From positions 372,001 to 397,574 of the forward strand of contig JAYWIR010000075.1 of assembly GCA_036172245.1 (NCBI GenBank): DNA of 25,574 nucleotides, read 5' to 3'. Shown piece after piece: positions 22,771 through 25,574 of the stretch (its first letter is position 1; the number at the start of each line of letters is the position of its first letter). The position numbers were made by a program, and so were the translations under genes. This stretch comes from Raillietiella orientalis (taxonomy: Eukaryota). The notes beneath the pieces are model-generated. The model was not told the origin of the DNA. It saw only the letters and a program-made list of their open reading frames with translations, and ran no database searches.

Positions 22771-23834
22771 TCTTCAGCGTTTTAAATTTCTTTTTTTCCA
22801 TGTTTCCAACTTACACCTCACAACATAGAGGCAGTCCTTGAATGAATATAAAGGCTCACAAAACACCGGGAAATTTCGTTCTTCAAATACAAAAGAATAG
22901 TGCACTCAACAGAGGAACTTTGCTCACAAAAGATGGGACTTTTAGATAATCTACACCACAAAGTAAACGTTAACATTTAAAATGAAGTAATTAATAAAAT
23001 TTGACCGAAACTTTGCTTTTGATGGACAAGATCCTATCGCAATAGAACATTGCGCAGTTTTGACAACTATTTTCATAAATTGATATTTCGTACGTAATGC
23101 ATCATAGAAAACTTTGTCCCCATCAACATCAACCTTGTGAAGCTACGATTATGCATCTTCCTCAGTTACACGTCAAGATAAATTCACACATGCTAACGAT
23201 ATACTGATAAAATCGTAAACCGGACAAAGCGGTTACAAATCAGATTACTCGATTGGATGTACAGTTGTCAAAAATCTGGCTTCAGTCGAATTAATAACTT
23301 GGCTTCGTGTCCGTAAAATACAACTGCCGAAATACAATCCTTGCAAAACCATCCTCGCGGTTTGGTAATCCCATGCAGAAGAATCAATCGAATCAATTCA
23401 GTAATTATGAGGGCATTACCGCTCACTTTCGAGTACTTCATTACATTTGATAGAGTTGTTAAATTTCGTGTTGCATCCAGCGCTTGCATCAGTCAGAACA
23501 AGCACCGGATCCAACGGGCAAACAAAAAACAAAAAACAAACAAACAAACAAAAAAAGAAAAAAAAAAAGAAAAAAGAAAACAGCCACAATGAGGGTTCAG
23601 AACAACGACAGGAGCTAGAAGAAAGTTTGTTCGTCGACCACGTTTGTAGCCATAAAACAAAGAGGGAGATGAAAATCGCAAATCGCAACCGGAAACGATC
23701 CCTTACCTTAAAACAACCGAATCACAAAAACTTGGAAATTCTTTCGTGGAACAAAAAAAAAGGGGTAGGTGCATGTGAGAGCAGCAAAACACACAGACCT
23801 CCAAGGAGCTAAATCTAAATTTTTTTTTTACGAA

Positions 23835-23849
23835 GGGGGGGGGGGGGGG
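23835..23849 (+). repeat. G15 homopolymer (potential G-quadruplex)
   Basis: Read directly from the sequence. Confidence 0.95.
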
Positions 23850-25196
23850 AAATGAACTTTCGTAGTTAACTTCGATCCGAATCGTGTAGCCGACAATTTG
23901 TTCTTGCTATCGCAAGTTCGTTTATGAAAGAAGCTGGAATCATTGCTCTTATCTACATCCTATGCACTTGCAAATTTCATAGGAAACAAAGCAATGCTGA
24001 ATGGAATCCCAACTTGGATTTCCGAGACGATTGCGGAAACGGACCGTTCTTGCACCCCGGCAAAATGGCTTCAAGAACTCTTGGAGGGGCCAAGAAATGG
24101 AAATCTGCGGGAAACGCACGTCGTTCGAGTCTGCCGAGGCTTGAAGAAGGAAAACAACATGATGTCAGGCGAGAAGCTGTTTTCACACACCTCAAAACTG
24201 CTGGTTAATTTGCCGGCGGCAGCAAGCAACCTGAGACGATCGGAAGACTCATCTGCAACGTGGAAGTTATCCAAGGGACACGAAAAAAATAACGAAGCAC
24301 CGAAGCAAAGCAATCGGTCTGAAGATCGCTGTTTAACAGATTGATATTTCTTTTTTTCTTTTTCCCATGTGAGTACCAAAGGATGGAGCGTTTAAATATT
24401 TTAAGGAATTCCTTGAAGAATTTTACGGATAGAAGATGGACGCCAATCTTTTTTTTTTTCTAAGGCGAATCTTCAGAGAGGACAATTTACATAGAGCTGC
24501 GAATCACCAGAACAAGAGGAAACCAAAGTTGAAGTTTCACCTGAAAATTACGAAGCAAGAGATGTCGGGAGAAAAGCTGAACACGAAATTTAGGAGTCAA
24601 GACCCACTTGCCTCATCATACATGGCAAATTACGCATGTACTTCTCGGAAAGTACATGTGTAATTTGAAAACAAAGAAATCACCATAAAACAAAAGCCTA
24701 CGGAACCTTGTGTCTTCTACTAACTGTCTAAATGTTTCGTCTAGGCAGAACTCGTGCACTTATTTCACATTAGGTAGACACTAAATGAAATTCTTTTCCG
24801 AAGACTATTGAAATAACAAAAGGCAGGGATCGAAACTGCGACGAATATGAGTTTCCGATTTTCTCGAGCAAGGAAGATTCAAGATGCAAATTTCGAAACG
24901 ATCTCTTCACAAAGTTGAGAAAACCATGTGATGGGAAAGGAGAATAAATAAGGAGCAGATCGATAAACCAATAATTCCAAATACTGCCTAGGAGAGAGGA
25001 CCACTTCTTGAAATCAAATGCGAACAAAATTTTCGTCTCCACTTTCGATTTCTTTCACGTGAACTCAAAGAGTTGATTCTACGATTCGGTTCCCATATGT
25101 GGTTGCTTACAAAGTTCGATTGGAAGTGAGTTTGTTTATTTCAGAATAATAACCATAGTGCAATTTTGCAGTAATTTCAAATGATATCCTATTCGC

Positions 25197-25234
<38 letters not shown>

Positions 25235-25574
25235 TTTTTAATGAGAGAAATCTCTAGTTCTTCTATTAAAATAAGATTTCTGTCTATACTATATGGCAAA
25301 GACGATGAAAGAAGAGACCAAGTTCAGTAATGAAGACTGTACAGATTGGGGGAACAAATATGCAGTAAGAAAAATCTCATTATATGAATCTTGTTTGTAG
25401 ATGAAGGCAACAAGAGGATGAGAGGTGGAATCCCTCGAAATATGCTTTGAAAACATTTAATTGCCTACAGTTTTCGTGACTGAGAATTTTAAACTGTTTC
25501 ATGGAAAGAATGAGATATGAAATCTAAGGAGAGTTTGAAAACATCAACAGCTTCAAAAACGAACGTCACTTCTG

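Noticed and set aside
24633..24660. Hairpin CATGTACTT-ctcgga-AAGTACATG as a Helitron 3' end or terminator
   Set aside because: No downstream CTRR or U-tract. An isolated stem of this size is expected by chance.

Overview
Eukaryotic (invertebrate animal) genomic DNA with short GT-AG introns, mostly 44-54 nt. A nematode-like origin is only an inference. No prokaryotic features, RNA genes or CRISPR arrays were seen. Two genes could be modelled in detail, both on the minus strand: a complete six-exon PWWP2A/B homologue (20670-22770) and a GDA1/CD39 (NTPDase/apyrase)-fold membrane protein (8384-~9847, 5' end unresolved). The latter keeps the family cysteine scaffold and C-terminal TM helix, but ACR2, ACR4 and ACR5 are replaced, so it is probably a pseudo-enzyme. 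The main structural feature is a 757-bp GC-rich sequence present as two inverted copies (4359-5115 and 14752-15508; 754/757 identical, no TSD, no transposase). The copies bracket 9.6 kb that holds the NTPDase-like gene and some orphan gene candidates. The left copy abuts a truncated two-exon gamma-COP fragment, and an isolated DNase I N-terminal exon lies near the window start. The left 15.5 kb therefore looks like a rearranged mosaic. All homology calls come from recalled family motifs, not from database searches.
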